Of a stretch of 64,000 nt of DNA, positions 47,133 through 55,936 are shown piece by piece. The DNA is taken from assembly GCA_964385095.1 (NCBI GenBank), contig CAYLNN010000014.1:23259-87258 (forward strand), written 5' to 3'. Origin of the DNA: an uncultured Hymenobacter sp. (GTDB lineage Bacteria; Bacteroidota; Bacteroidia; Cytophagales; Hymenobacteraceae). Both the position numbers and the translations under genes were made by a program. Numbering within the stretch: position 1 is the stretch's first letter; every line of letters starts with the position of its first letter. Below the pieces are notes generated by a model. That model saw only the letters and a list, made by a program, of their open reading frames with translations. It was not told where the DNA came from and did no database searches.

Positions 47133-48929
47133 ATGCTTTTGCCCCCTGCGCTTCCACCAGGCTTCGATGAGGCTACTATTCAGCGGCTTACGGCGGGCCT
47201 CACGCCCTCGCAGCTGCTTTGGCTGAGTGGCTACTGTTATGCCCTAGCCACAGCCGGCGCAACCAGTGCACCGGGCGCCGCCGCTAGCCGCGCCGCGCCG
47301 CCCGAGAAGCTTACCGTGCTCTACGGCTCGCATACGGGCAATGGCCAGCGCATTGCCGAGCAGGCCGCCGCCGCCGCCAGCGCCCACGGCTTCACGCCCG
47401 CAGTACACGATATGCGCGATTATCCCGGCCACCAGCTAGCGCAGGAGCAAAACCTGCTGCTCATCGTGAGTACCCACGGCGAAGGCGAGCCGCCCGCCGC
47501 GGCCGCGGCGCTTCACGAGTTTCTGGCCGGGCCGCACGCGCCCCAGCTGCCCCATTTAAAATTTTCGGTGCTGGCCCTGGGCGATACGAGCTACCAGCAC
47601 TTCTGCCAGACGGGCAAGGATTTTGACGAGCGGCTGGCCGCGCTAGGGGCCACTCGCCTGCTCGGCCGCATCAATGCCGACGTAGCCTACAAGGCCGCCG
47701 CTGCCCACTGGATAGCCGCCACCCTAGCCGCTGTAACGGCAAGCCGGGCGCCGGCCACTGCTGCCACCCTAGCCACCGTTTCAGGCGTAGCAGCTGACTC
47801 AAAGCCTGTTGCGCAATTTTTGGAGGCAAGCCCCTGGCCAGCTAGCGTCCTTAAAACCGTTCGACTAAGTGGCCCAGGGTCGGCCCAGGAAATTCACCAC
47901 CTCGAACTAGACCTCACTGACTCGGGCCTGACTTACGCTCCGGGCGATGCCTTGGCCGTGCACCCGCGCAACCACCCGGCGCTGGTGGAAGACGTGCTGC
48001 GCGCCGCCCACCTCGCCGCCACCGCGCCGGTGCTGCTAGAAGCGGCAAGCCTGCCGCTGGCCGCTGCCCTGGCCAGCCACCGCGAGCTTACCGTGCTCAC
48101 CCGCGAGGTGCTGGCGCGCTATGCCACGCTGGCTCCCCACGCCGAATTACGGGCCCTGCTGGCCGACCCGGCCCGGCTGCAACCCTACCTCTACGGCCGC
48201 GATGTGGCCGATTTGCTGCTCGACTTTCCCAGCAACCAGCTTACGCCCCAGGCCCTAGCCGATACGCTGCGGCCGCTGCCGCCGCGCGCGTATTCCATCG
48301 CCAGCAGCCCGTTGGCCCACCCCAACCAGGCGCACCTTACGGTGGGCGCCGTGCGTTACGAGGCCCACGGCCGCCATAGGCAAGGCGTGTGCTCCTCACT
48401 GCTGGCGGGCCGCGTGGCGGTGGGCGACGAAGTAGCGGTATTTGTGCAGCCCAACGCGGACTTCAAGCTCCCCGCAGCGGCTAGCACAGACATTATTATG
48501 GTGAGCGCGGGCACGGGTATCGCCCCGTTTCGGGCTTTTGTGCAGGAGCGCGTGGCGCTGGGGGCCAGCGGCCGCAACTGGCTACTGTTTGGCAACCCAC
48601 ACGCGGCCACCGATTTTCTGTACCAGGCCGAGTGGCAGCAGCACCTGCGGCGCGGTGGGCTGGCTAGGCTCGACGTGGCGTTTTCGCGCGACCAGCTGGC
48701 AAAAATATACGTGCAGGACCGCCTGCTCGAACACAGCCGCGCCGTCTTCGACTGGCTCGAAAGCGGCGCCTTCTTCTACGTGTGCGGCGATAAAGACCGC
48801 CTCGGCCGCGCGGTGCAAGCTGCCTTGGTGCAGGTAGTAGCGCGCGAAGCCAGCTTCGCCCCTAGCGAGGCTGCCGCCTACGTGCAAAACCTCCGGCAGC
48901 AGCGCCGCTACCTCGAAGACGTGTACTAA
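47133..48929 (+). CDS. cysJ: Sulfite reductase (NADPH) flavoprotein-like diflavin reductase
   Basis: QLLWLSGY N-terminus, YGSHTGNG, STHGEGEPP, RAYSIASS, GVCS, GTGIAPFR, YVCGD, RYLEDVY. Confidence 0.9.
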   Translation: MLLPPALPPGFDEATIQRLTAGLTPSQLLWLSGYCYALATAGATSAPGAAASRAAPPEKLTVLYGSHTGNGQRIAEQAAAAASAHGFTPAVHDMRDYPGHQLAQEQNLLLIVSTHGEGEPPAAAAALHEFLAGPHAPQLPHLKFSVLALGDTSYQHFCQTGKDFDERLAALGATRLLGRINADVAYKAAAAHWIAATLAAVTASRAPATAATLATVSGVAADSKPVAQFLEASPWPASVLKTVRLSGPGSAQEIHHLELDLTDSGLTYAPGDALAVHPRNHPALVEDVLRAAHLAATAPVLLEAASLPLAAALASHRELTVLTREVLARYATLAPHAELRALLADPARLQPYLYGRDVADLLLDFPSNQLTPQALADTLRPLPPRAYSIASSPLAHPNQAHLTVGAVRYEAHGRHRQGVCSSLLAGRVAVGDEVAVFVQPNADFKLPAAASTDIIMVSAGTGIAPFRAFVQERVALGASGRNWLLFGNPHAATDFLYQAEWQQHLRRGGLARLDVAFSRDQLAKIYVQDRLLEHSRAVFDWLESGAFFYVCGDKDRLGRAVQAALVQVVAREASFAPSEAAAYVQNLRQQRRYLEDVY

Positions 48930-49064
48930 GGCTGGCCCTGGCCCAGCGGCCCTCCCATGCTACCCGGCCGCTAGCCTGGCTAGGGTTTACTGACCTGGCC
49001 GGCACCTTAAAGCGGCAGGGAGGGGGCGGGTTTATCTTGCCTAAGCCTTATTTTACCCCCGATT

Positions 49065-50390
49065 ATGGCAATTGACCTTCTCCCAAATGCGCCGCCTGAC
49101 GCGGGGCCAGCTAGCCGGCCCGGGCCGCTGGCCGGTCCCGCGCTGCCCGTATTTCTGGACCTGGAGCAGCGCCGGGTCCTGCTGGTGGGCGGTGGCGAAG
49201 AGGCTCTGGCCCAACTCGCGGCCGTGCTGCACGCCCACCCACAAGCGGCCATTACGGTAGTGGCCCCGCACTTGCTGCCCGCGCTTGCCACCCTGGCTGC
49301 CCGGCACCCGCAGGTGCAGCTACGGCGCTGCGCCTTTAACCCCGACGACCTGACCGGGCACGACTTGGTGCTCGTCGCCACCCACGATGCCGACCTGCAC
49401 GGCCAGGTGCAGGCCGCCTCATCGGCCCGGCGCCTGCACGCCGTGGCCGCGCTGGGCCCCACCGATGAGGCGGCGGCCGTTGACTACTGGCGGCGCGTGG
49501 CCACCGGCACGCTGGGCGTGTTCGCGCTGTTTCTGGTGCTCAATATTCTGTCGTACTACTTCACCTGGCAGCAGGCGTGGCAGGTGCTGAGCAACTCCGC
49601 CACGTTTTACACCTTTGTGGGCGTCGGCTTTGTGGCCCAGCTTATTGATGGGATGCTGGGCATGGGCTACGGCGTGGTATCGGCCATCAGCCTGATGTCG
49701 CTAGGCCTCAGCCCAGCTTCGGTGAGCGCCAGCATTCACACGGCCGAGATGTTTGCCAGCGGCGCATCGGGCTACAATCACTACCGCTTTGGCAACGTCA
49801 ACAAGCGCTTATTCAAGGTGTTGCTGGTGCCCGGCATCCTCGGCTCGGTGAGCGGCGCGCTCTTGCTAGCCCACTTCGGCGAGCAGTACGCCAACATCGT
49901 CAAGCCGGTGCTGGCAGTGTACCTACTGCTACTAGGGCTGCGCATCATCAGCAAAGCCGTGCGCAAGCAGGCCCAGCAGCGCCGCAAAGTGAAGAATGCT
50001 GGCTGGCTGGCGGGCGCGGGCGGCTTTCTCGATTCCTTCGGCGGCGGCGGCTGGGGGCCGCTGGTTACGAGTACGCTCATTGCCAATGGCCGCGCACCCA
50101 GCTACGTTATCGGCACCGTGAGCTTGGTCGAATTTTTCGTCACCTTCTCCAGTGCGCTCACATTTTTCTCCATTCTGGGCTTCAAGCACTGGGAAATTGT
50201 GCTGGGGCTGATTGTGGGTGGCGTCACGGCCGCGCCCCTCGCCGCCCGGCTAGCCGGCCGCCTGCCCACCCGCTGGATGTTTATCGGCGTTGGCACAATG
50301 GTAGTGGTGTGGAGCCTCTGGGCGCTTCACAAGGTCGATTTTTCCGCCAGCTGGCATTACGTAAAAACCCACTTATTTACAGCTTTTTAG
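49065..50390 (+). CDS. Fusion of a degenerate siroheme-synthase N-terminal (NAD-binding) domain and a TSUP/TauE-SafE transporter
   Basis: PVFLDL..RRVLLVGGG..LVLVAT; then AQLIDGMLGMGYGV, HYRFGNV, DSFGGGGWGP, IGTVSLVEF. Confidence 0.85.
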   Translation: MAIDLLPNAPPDAGPASRPGPLAGPALPVFLDLEQRRVLLVGGGEEALAQLAAVLHAHPQAAITVVAPHLLPALATLAARHPQVQLRRCAFNPDDLTGHDLVLVATHDADLHGQVQAASSARRLHAVAALGPTDEAAAVDYWRRVATGTLGVFALFLVLNILSYYFTWQQAWQVLSNSATFYTFVGVGFVAQLIDGMLGMGYGVVSAISLMSLGLSPASVSASIHTAEMFASGASGYNHYRFGNVNKRLFKVLLVPGILGSVSGALLLAHFGEQYANIVKPVLAVYLLLLGLRIISKAVRKQAQQRRKVKNAGWLAGAGGFLDSFGGGGWGPLVTSTLIANGRAPSYVIGTVSLVEFFVTFSSALTFFSILGFKHWEIVLGLIVGGVTAAPLAARLAGRLPTRWMFIGVGTMVVVWSLWALHKVDFSASWHYVKTHLFTAF

Positions 50391-50431
50391 CTCAAATAAA
50401 GTCACCTTGAAGGCTAGCAAAACACGCCTAT

Positions 50432-50491
50432 AAAGGCCTGGGGCCAGCCGCGTTCAGTAAGCAGAACGCGGCTGGCCCCAGGCCTTTTTTT
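50432..50491. terminator. Long-stem bidirectional terminator
   Basis: AAAGGCCTGGGGCCAGCCGCGTTC / GAACGCGGCTGGCCCCAGGCCTTT perfect 24-bp stem plus T-tract. Confidence 0.85.
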
Positions 50492-50504
50492 CAAACTACT
50501 TCAA

Positions 50505-51434
50505 CTAAATTACTTGTCCCAGCCCAAACAGCAGCGTGAATACGAGCGTGCTGAGAGCCATTTGCTTGAGCAGCGGGTCGAGCTGCATCGACTCCTGGCG
50601 GTGCCATACCTGCCGGCCATTAAAAAGAAAGAGCGGCAAGCTCAATACGAACAGCCACTGCCAGGGCGAGCGGTAGGTAAGCGCCACGTACAGCACCGCG
50701 CAGCCCACGCCCAGCAGCAGCAGCAGCCAGTGGTAGCGGCGGGCATGCTGCGGCCCCAGCCGCACGGGCACCGTGATTTTACCGGCCAGCTTATCCGACA
50801 CAATATCGCGGATGTTATTGACATTCAGCACTGCCGTAGCAAAGCAGCCCAGCGCAGCAGCGGGCAGCAGCACCGTCAGCGGCAGGGCCTGGGCTAGGGT
50901 AGGCGCGTGCGAGTAAGCCTGCAAAAAGTAGGTGCCGCACACGCCCACAATCCCAAAAAAGAGAAATACCGACACGTCGCCCAGCCCTGCGTAGCCGTAC
51001 GGGTTGCTGCCCGCCGTGTAGTTTACCGCCGCCCAAATAGCGGCCAGCCCCAGCCCAAAGAAGGCTAGCAGCACCCACGCCCCCGCTAGCCCCAGCGCCA
51101 GCAGCAGCAGAGAAATGCCGCTCAGCAAAGCCGCCGCGCTAAAGCCCCACATAGCCCGCTTCATCTGGGCGGGGCTGATGGCCCCGCTTTGCACGGCGCG
51201 CAGTGGGCCCTGGCGGTGCACGCTGTCGGCGCCGTTTTGCGAGTCGCCGTAGTCGTTGGCCAGGTTGCTCAAAATCTGGAGCAGGATGGTAGTAAGGGCC
51301 GCCAGCGCTACCACCGGGCCATTGAAATGCCCGGTAGCCTTGGCCAAAAAGCCGCCCGTGAGAATGCTGGCCAGGGCGAGCGGCAGCGTGCGCGGGCGAA
51401 ACGCGGAAATCCAGGGAGACATGCTTGCGGGCAT
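50505..51434 (-). CDS. menA: 1,4-dihydroxy-2-naphthoate polyprenyltransferase
   Basis: RPRTLPLA, NLANDYGD, YGYAGLGD, NVNNIRDI.SD..GK.T..VRLG. Confidence 0.95.
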   Translation of the reverse strand: MPASMSPWISAFRPRTLPLALASILTGGFLAKATGHFNGPVVALAALTTILLQILSNLANDYGDSQNGADSVHRQGPLRAVQSGAISPAQMKRAMWGFSAAALLSGISLLLLALGLAGAWVLLAFFGLGLAAIWAAVNYTAGSNPYGYAGLGDVSVFLFFGIVGVCGTYFLQAYSHAPTLAQALPLTVLLPAAALGCFATAVLNVNNIRDIVSDKLAGKITVPVRLGPQHARRYHWLLLLLGVGCAVLYVALTYRSPWQWLFVLSLPLFLFNGRQVWHRQESMQLDPLLKQMALSTLVFTLLFGLGQVI

Positions 51435-51473
51435 TAATAAACAGGTACTGGAGCGTAATTAACAAAAAGAAAC

Positions 51474-51574
51474 GTCCGTCATGCGGAGCTTATCGCAGCC
51501 TTTTGGTCGGTTCCGCACGGGGCAATGCCCTAGCGGTGCGACCAGGAGGCTGCAATAGGCTCCGCATGACGGAC
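51474..51574. repeat. REP-like long hairpin (36-bp arms)
   Basis: GTCCGTCATGCGGAGCTTATCGCAGCCTTTTGGTCG and reverse complement with 4 transition mismatches. Confidence 0.8.
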
Positions 51575-51590
51575 ATCCTTAGCGGCTAAC

Positions 51591-52163
51591 CTACTTCGTG
51601 ATGTCGGCCACCAGCTCCTCGCTCAGCGGCTTCACCTTGGAAGGGTAGAATTTCACCACGTGGCCCTTTTCATCGACCAGATATTTGCAGAAATTCCAGC
51701 TTGGGGCGTCGCTCACGGCACCGTTCTTATCCTTGTCGGCCAAGAACTTGTAGAGCGGCGTGGCGTCGTCGCCCTTCACGGCTACGGTCGAAAACAGCGG
51801 GAATGTCACACCGTAATTCTTTTCGCAAAACGACGAAACCTCCTCGTTCGAGGCCAGCTCCTGGTTGAAGCTGTTGCTGGGAAAGCCCAGCACGGTCACT
51901 TTGTTGCCGTATTTTTTGGAAAGCTCCTCCAGTTCCTTGTACTGCGGGGTGAAGCCGCACTTGGAGGCGGTGTTCACGATGAGGATTTTCTTACCCTTGT
52001 ACTTGCTCAGCTTCACGTCTTTACCGTCGATGGTCTGCACGGTGTAGTCGTACACCGTGCCGGGCTTGGCCGCAGTTTCGGTGGGGTGCATGGGCGCGGG
52101 GCGGTGGGTGGTGAATGCCAGGCCGAGCGAGGCAGCGGCCAGGGCGAGAACGGGAAATTTCAT
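51591..52163 (-). CDS. Glutathione peroxidase family protein (Cys form, exported)
   Basis: VNTASKCGFTPQY, LGFPSN.F.QE, WNFCKYLV; signal peptide; ATG 52163. Confidence 0.92.
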   Translation of the reverse strand: MKFPVLALAAASLGLAFTTHRPAPMHPTETAAKPGTVYDYTVQTIDGKDVKLSKYKGKKILIVNTASKCGFTPQYKELEELSKKYGNKVTVLGFPSNSFNQELASNEEVSSFCEKNYGVTFPLFSTVAVKGDDATPLYKFLADKDKNGAVSDAPSWNFCKYLVDEKGHVVKFYPSKVKPLSEELVADITK

Positions 52164-52231
52164 AAAAGTTGACGTGTAAATGGCGGGAAAGCTGCTGATA
52201 ACCAAGAACCGGGCCGGAGGTTTTGCCCTTG

Positions 52232-54391
52232 CTAGGGGCGCGGGGCGGGCGCCGGGGCCGGGGCGGGGCCGGCGGCGGGCGCGGGGGCCGGCTGGGCGCC
52301 GGTATTAAGCAGGTCGACGAGGTTGAGCGGGGCTAGCTCGGCGGTATCGCCGGGCTGCACGGTGCGCACCGTGTCGCGCACGGCCCGGACAATATATTTG
52401 CTGGCCGGCCCCTTCAAACTAACCGAATAGTTGAGGTTATTACGCTGGTTGGGCGTTATCAGGCCCTTGTCCTGCATGATGTCGGCGATGAAGCGGAAAA
52501 ACCAGCGCGTGGTGCCCCGCAGTTCGCCGTACACGTTGAACGACTCGCGGTAGTACTTGGGCTTCGGAATGATGCTGGCCAGGTACAGGCACTCGCCCAA
52601 GTTGAGCTCGCTGGGTTGCTTGGCGTAGTAGAACAGCGCCGCCTCGCCAATGCCGTACACGCCACGCTTGCCGCTGGGCCAGCGGTAGGCGGTGGGCCCC
52701 CACTCCACAATGTTGAGGTAAATCTCAAACATGCGCTGCTTGGTGAGCGTGTGCGTGCGGTCGACGAGCCAGTTTTCAATCAGCCACACCATCAGCATTT
52801 CCTCGGCCTTGCGGCCAATAGTTTTTTCGCGGCTCAAAAACACGTTTTTCACCAGCTGCATGCTCAGCGTGCTGCCGCCGCGGGCAAAGCGCTTTTCCTT
52901 GATATCGGCAATGGCGGCGTTCACGAACGCCTTTTCCATAAAGCCTTTATGGCGAAAGAATTGCGGGTCTTCGGTAGTTTGGATGGCGGCCGGCATAAAG
53001 GGCGACACCTGGTTGAATGGCGTAAAATCGGGGTTGCTGGGCCCCACCATAAAGGTGCGCAGCGAGTCGCCCTTGTCGTTGTAGGCCGTAAACGGAAACT
53101 CGCGCTCCAGCATGCTGAGGTCTTCGGCACCGAAGTGCGTGATGCTAAAATCTTTGCTAGGCGTCAGCGAAGAATTTAGGTGCAAGCTGTCGACCCTAGC
53201 CAGGTCGACATCGGCCTTGAGGTGGTAGGCCAGCGTGCCGGTGCCGGCCGTGCCAGCCACCACGTCGAACATGCCCGCGGGCAGCGAGTTGAAAAAGGCA
53301 TTGGTCGCCGTCGGGTCCGAATCGACCTTGAGGCTGACGGCCAGCTTCGGCTTGAGGCGCACCGCGATTTCGGGGTGAAAGACGAGCTGGTTGAGGACGG
53401 CGCGGGTGCCGGGGTCGAGCGACACCGTGCCGCGGCCCAGCGTGGCCACGAAGTCGAGCTGGCCGCGCTGCACCACAATGTCTTCCGAAGAAAGGCGCTT
53501 GTGGAAGAAGCTGAAATTGCGGGCCGCCACCGAGCCGCGCACCGTGAGCCGGCCACCCGTCTGGTCGTCGGCCACAAAATCCTTGCCCGTCAGCTGCACC
53601 CGAATGGTATCGAACGACACCAGTGCCCCAAACTTACGCGCCACGTAAGGCACTTGTACCGAGCCCTTTGCCCCAAACAAACGCAGGTTTAGCGCGTCGT
53701 CGCCAGGCTCGATAGTGCCGCTCACCCCTAGCTCGTTCACCACCGAGTCGATAGTAGCCGTGAGGCGGCCCTGCACCTCGCCCTCGTCGATGCGCAGGCT
53801 GGGCATGACGAGCTGCGCGCGGTGGTGGGGGCTAGCGTAGCTCACCACAAACTGCCGGAAATCGGCCGCGCCGGGCACGTTGTCGAAGGCCGCGTCGAGC
53901 ACTTGGTTCAGCAGCAGGCCGTAGTTGCGGCCGCGGGCCGTGTCGCGCGCCACCGGGGCGGGCGTTTTTTTCTTCAGTAGAAAAGAAAAGTTATTATTTC
54001 CGCTGGCATCCTTGCGCGCCGTGAGGTGGGCCTGGTCAATCTGCACTTCGCTGAACACCGGCCGGCCGGCAAACAGCGAGCGCAAACTCAGGCCGGCTTG
54101 CAGGCGGCGGGCCGTGAGCAGGGTATCGCCGGCGGCGGCCGGGCCGGCCGCCGCGGTAGGCACCAGGCTCAGGCCGCCTATCTCCACGGTCTTCAGGCCC
54201 GTAAAGCGGGCGGGACCCAGCGTAAGCGTCACCGGATACTTGGCTTCTACCTTGGTTTTCACCTGTACCAGCGCATAGTTGAGCAGCTGCTGGCGCTTCC
54301 ACAAGAACATAACCAGAGCTAGCAGCAGCACCGCTAGCAGGCCGCCCAGGGCGTAAATAAGTCGTTTTTTGGCAGGGGCGGATACGCGCAT
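52232..54391 (-). CDS. Monofunctional peptidoglycan transglycosylase (GT51) with long N-terminal AsmA-like region
   Basis: TM anchor; EDPQFF, GGSTLSMQLVKN, RKAEE, YLNIVEWG; no transpeptidase domain. Confidence 0.88.
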   Translation of the reverse strand: MRVSAPAKKRLIYALGGLLAVLLLALVMFLWKRQQLLNYALVQVKTKVEAKYPVTLTLGPARFTGLKTVEIGGLSLVPTAAAGPAAAGDTLLTARRLQAGLSLRSLFAGRPVFSEVQIDQAHLTARKDASGNNNFSFLLKKKTPAPVARDTARGRNYGLLLNQVLDAAFDNVPGAADFRQFVVSYASPHHRAQLVMPSLRIDEGEVQGRLTATIDSVVNELGVSGTIEPGDDALNLRLFGAKGSVQVPYVARKFGALVSFDTIRVQLTGKDFVADDQTGGRLTVRGSVAARNFSFFHKRLSSEDIVVQRGQLDFVATLGRGTVSLDPGTRAVLNQLVFHPEIAVRLKPKLAVSLKVDSDPTATNAFFNSLPAGMFDVVAGTAGTGTLAYHLKADVDLARVDSLHLNSSLTPSKDFSITHFGAEDLSMLEREFPFTAYNDKGDSLRTFMVGPSNPDFTPFNQVSPFMPAAIQTTEDPQFFRHKGFMEKAFVNAAIADIKEKRFARGGSTLSMQLVKNVFLSREKTIGRKAEEMLMVWLIENWLVDRTHTLTKQRMFEIYLNIVEWGPTAYRWPSGKRGVYGIGEAALFYYAKQPSELNLGECLYLASIIPKPKYYRESFNVYGELRGTTRWFFRFIADIMQDKGLITPNQRNNLNYSVSLKGPASKYIVRAVRDTVRTVQPGDTAELAPLNLVDLLNTGAQPAPAPAAGPAPAPAPAPRP

Positions 54392-54396
54392 ACCCG

Positions 54397-54404
54397 CAAA
54401 GTTA
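54397..54404 (-). promoter_or_regulatory. -7 promoter element
   Basis: TAACTTTG ending 5 nt before ATG 54391. Confidence 0.6.
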
Positions 54405-54524
54405 CCCGGTCGGCGGGTTCTGGTTCTGGCTTTTTACTTCCTAGCGCCGGGTTTTTAGCGCAGTGGCGAGGTTTAATTCGGCACTGGCCAGGCGGCAGAG
54501 GCCTAGCCACGGCTGGTTGCCCGC

Positions 54525-54532
54525 TAGTTTTG
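54525..54532 (+). promoter_or_regulatory. -7 promoter element of purB
   Basis: TAGTTTTG 27 nt before ATG 54560. Confidence 0.6.
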
Positions 54533-54559
54533 CGGGTGCAAACCACTGCGCTTCGCTTT

Positions 54560-55891
54560 ATGCTTACTGCCCTTTCACCCCTCGATGGCCGCTACCAGCG
54601 CCAAACCGCCCCGCTAGGGCCCTATTTTTCGGAGCTAGCCCTCATGCGCTACCGGGTGCGGGTCGAGGTCGAGTACTTTATCGCTCTCTGCCAGCTGCCA
54701 CTGCCGCAGCTGGCGAGCGTGCCGGCCACCGTTTTTTCGGCGCTGCGCGGGCTGTATGAGCAGTTCGGCGAAGCCGAAGCGCAGGCCGTCAAGGCCCACG
54801 AAGCCGTAACCAACCACGACGTAAAAGCCGTGGAGTACTACCTGCGCGATGCGTTCACCAAGCTCAAGCTGGCTGATTACCTGGAGTTTATTCACTTCGG
54901 CCTGACTTCGCAGGATGTCAACAACACGGCCATTCCGCTCAGCCTGAAAGACGCGATGGCTGCCGTGCTGCTGCCGCGCTTCGCGGCCTTGCAGCAGCAG
55001 CTAGCCACCCTAGCCAGCGGCTGGGCCACTGTGCCCATGCTGGCCCGTACCCACGGCCAGCCCGCCTCCCCCACCCGCCTGGGCAAAGAGCTGGACGTGT
55101 TTGTGGCGCGCCTGGCCGGGCAGCTGGCGCTGCTGCAGCAAGTGCCCTACGCGGCCAAGTTTGGCGGGGCCACGGGCGGCTTCAATGCACACTTCGTGGC
55201 GTATCCGACTACGGACTGGCACGGCTTTGCCGACCGCTTTGTAAACGACACGCTGGGGCTGGCCCGCACCTTCCCCACCACCCAAATCGAGCCCTACGAC
55301 AACCTGGCGGCCTTCTGCGACGGGTGGAAGCGGCTCAATACCATCCTGCTCGATTTGTGCCGCGACGTGTGGCAGTACATTTCGCTGGGCTATTTCAAGC
55401 AGACGCTCAAGGCCGGCGAGGTGGGCTCGTCGGCCATGCCGCACAAGGTGAACCCCATCGATTTTGAGAATGCCGAGGGCAACCTGGGCGTGGCCAACGC
55501 GCTGCTCGAACACTTTGCCGCCAAGCTGCCGATTTCGCGCTTGCAGCGCGACCTCACCGACTCAACGGTGCTGCGCAACCTGGGCGTGCCGCTCGGGCAC
55601 ATCCTCATCGCGCTGGGTGCCATCGGGCGCGGCCTGGGTAAGCTGGCGCTTGATGAAAGTGCGCTAGCCCGCGACCTCGACCAGAACTGGGCTGTGCTGG
55701 CCGAGCCCATTCAAACCATTCTGCGCCGCGAAAATTACCCCGACCCCTACAACGCTCTCAAGCAGCTCACGCGCACCGGTGAGGCTATTTCGGCGGCCAC
55801 GCTCGCCCGCTTCGTGGACGAGCTCGACGTGCCCGAGCACGTGAAGGCCGAGCTGCGCGCCCTCACCCCTAGCAGCTACGTGGGCCGCTAG
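54560..55891 (+). CDS. purB: Adenylosuccinate lyase
   Basis: LSPLDGRY, TNHDVKAVEY, HFGLTSQD, ARTHGQ, GSSAMPHKVNPIDFENAEGN. Confidence 0.97.
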   Translation: MLTALSPLDGRYQRQTAPLGPYFSELALMRYRVRVEVEYFIALCQLPLPQLASVPATVFSALRGLYEQFGEAEAQAVKAHEAVTNHDVKAVEYYLRDAFTKLKLADYLEFIHFGLTSQDVNNTAIPLSLKDAMAAVLLPRFAALQQQLATLASGWATVPMLARTHGQPASPTRLGKELDVFVARLAGQLALLQQVPYAAKFGGATGGFNAHFVAYPTTDWHGFADRFVNDTLGLARTFPTTQIEPYDNLAAFCDGWKRLNTILLDLCRDVWQYISLGYFKQTLKAGEVGSSAMPHKVNPIDFENAEGNLGVANALLEHFAAKLPISRLQRDLTDSTVLRNLGVPLGHILIALGAIGRGLGKLALDESALARDLDQNWAVLAEPIQTILRRENYPDPYNALKQLTRTGEAISAATLARFVDELDVPEHVKAELRALTPSSYVGR

Positions 55892-55936
55892 CCCCGGCGC
55901 GGGCTATTTTTGTCGCTTGCCTTTTTTGCTTTTCCA

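Noticed and set aside
35240..52163. Selenocysteine recoding in SelD or glutathione peroxidase
   Set aside because: Both active-site codons are TGC; no in-frame TGA.
52232..52300. GC-rich GGGGC-type repeats at the end of the transglycosylase gene
   Set aside because: Explained by a Pro/Ala-rich protein tail.
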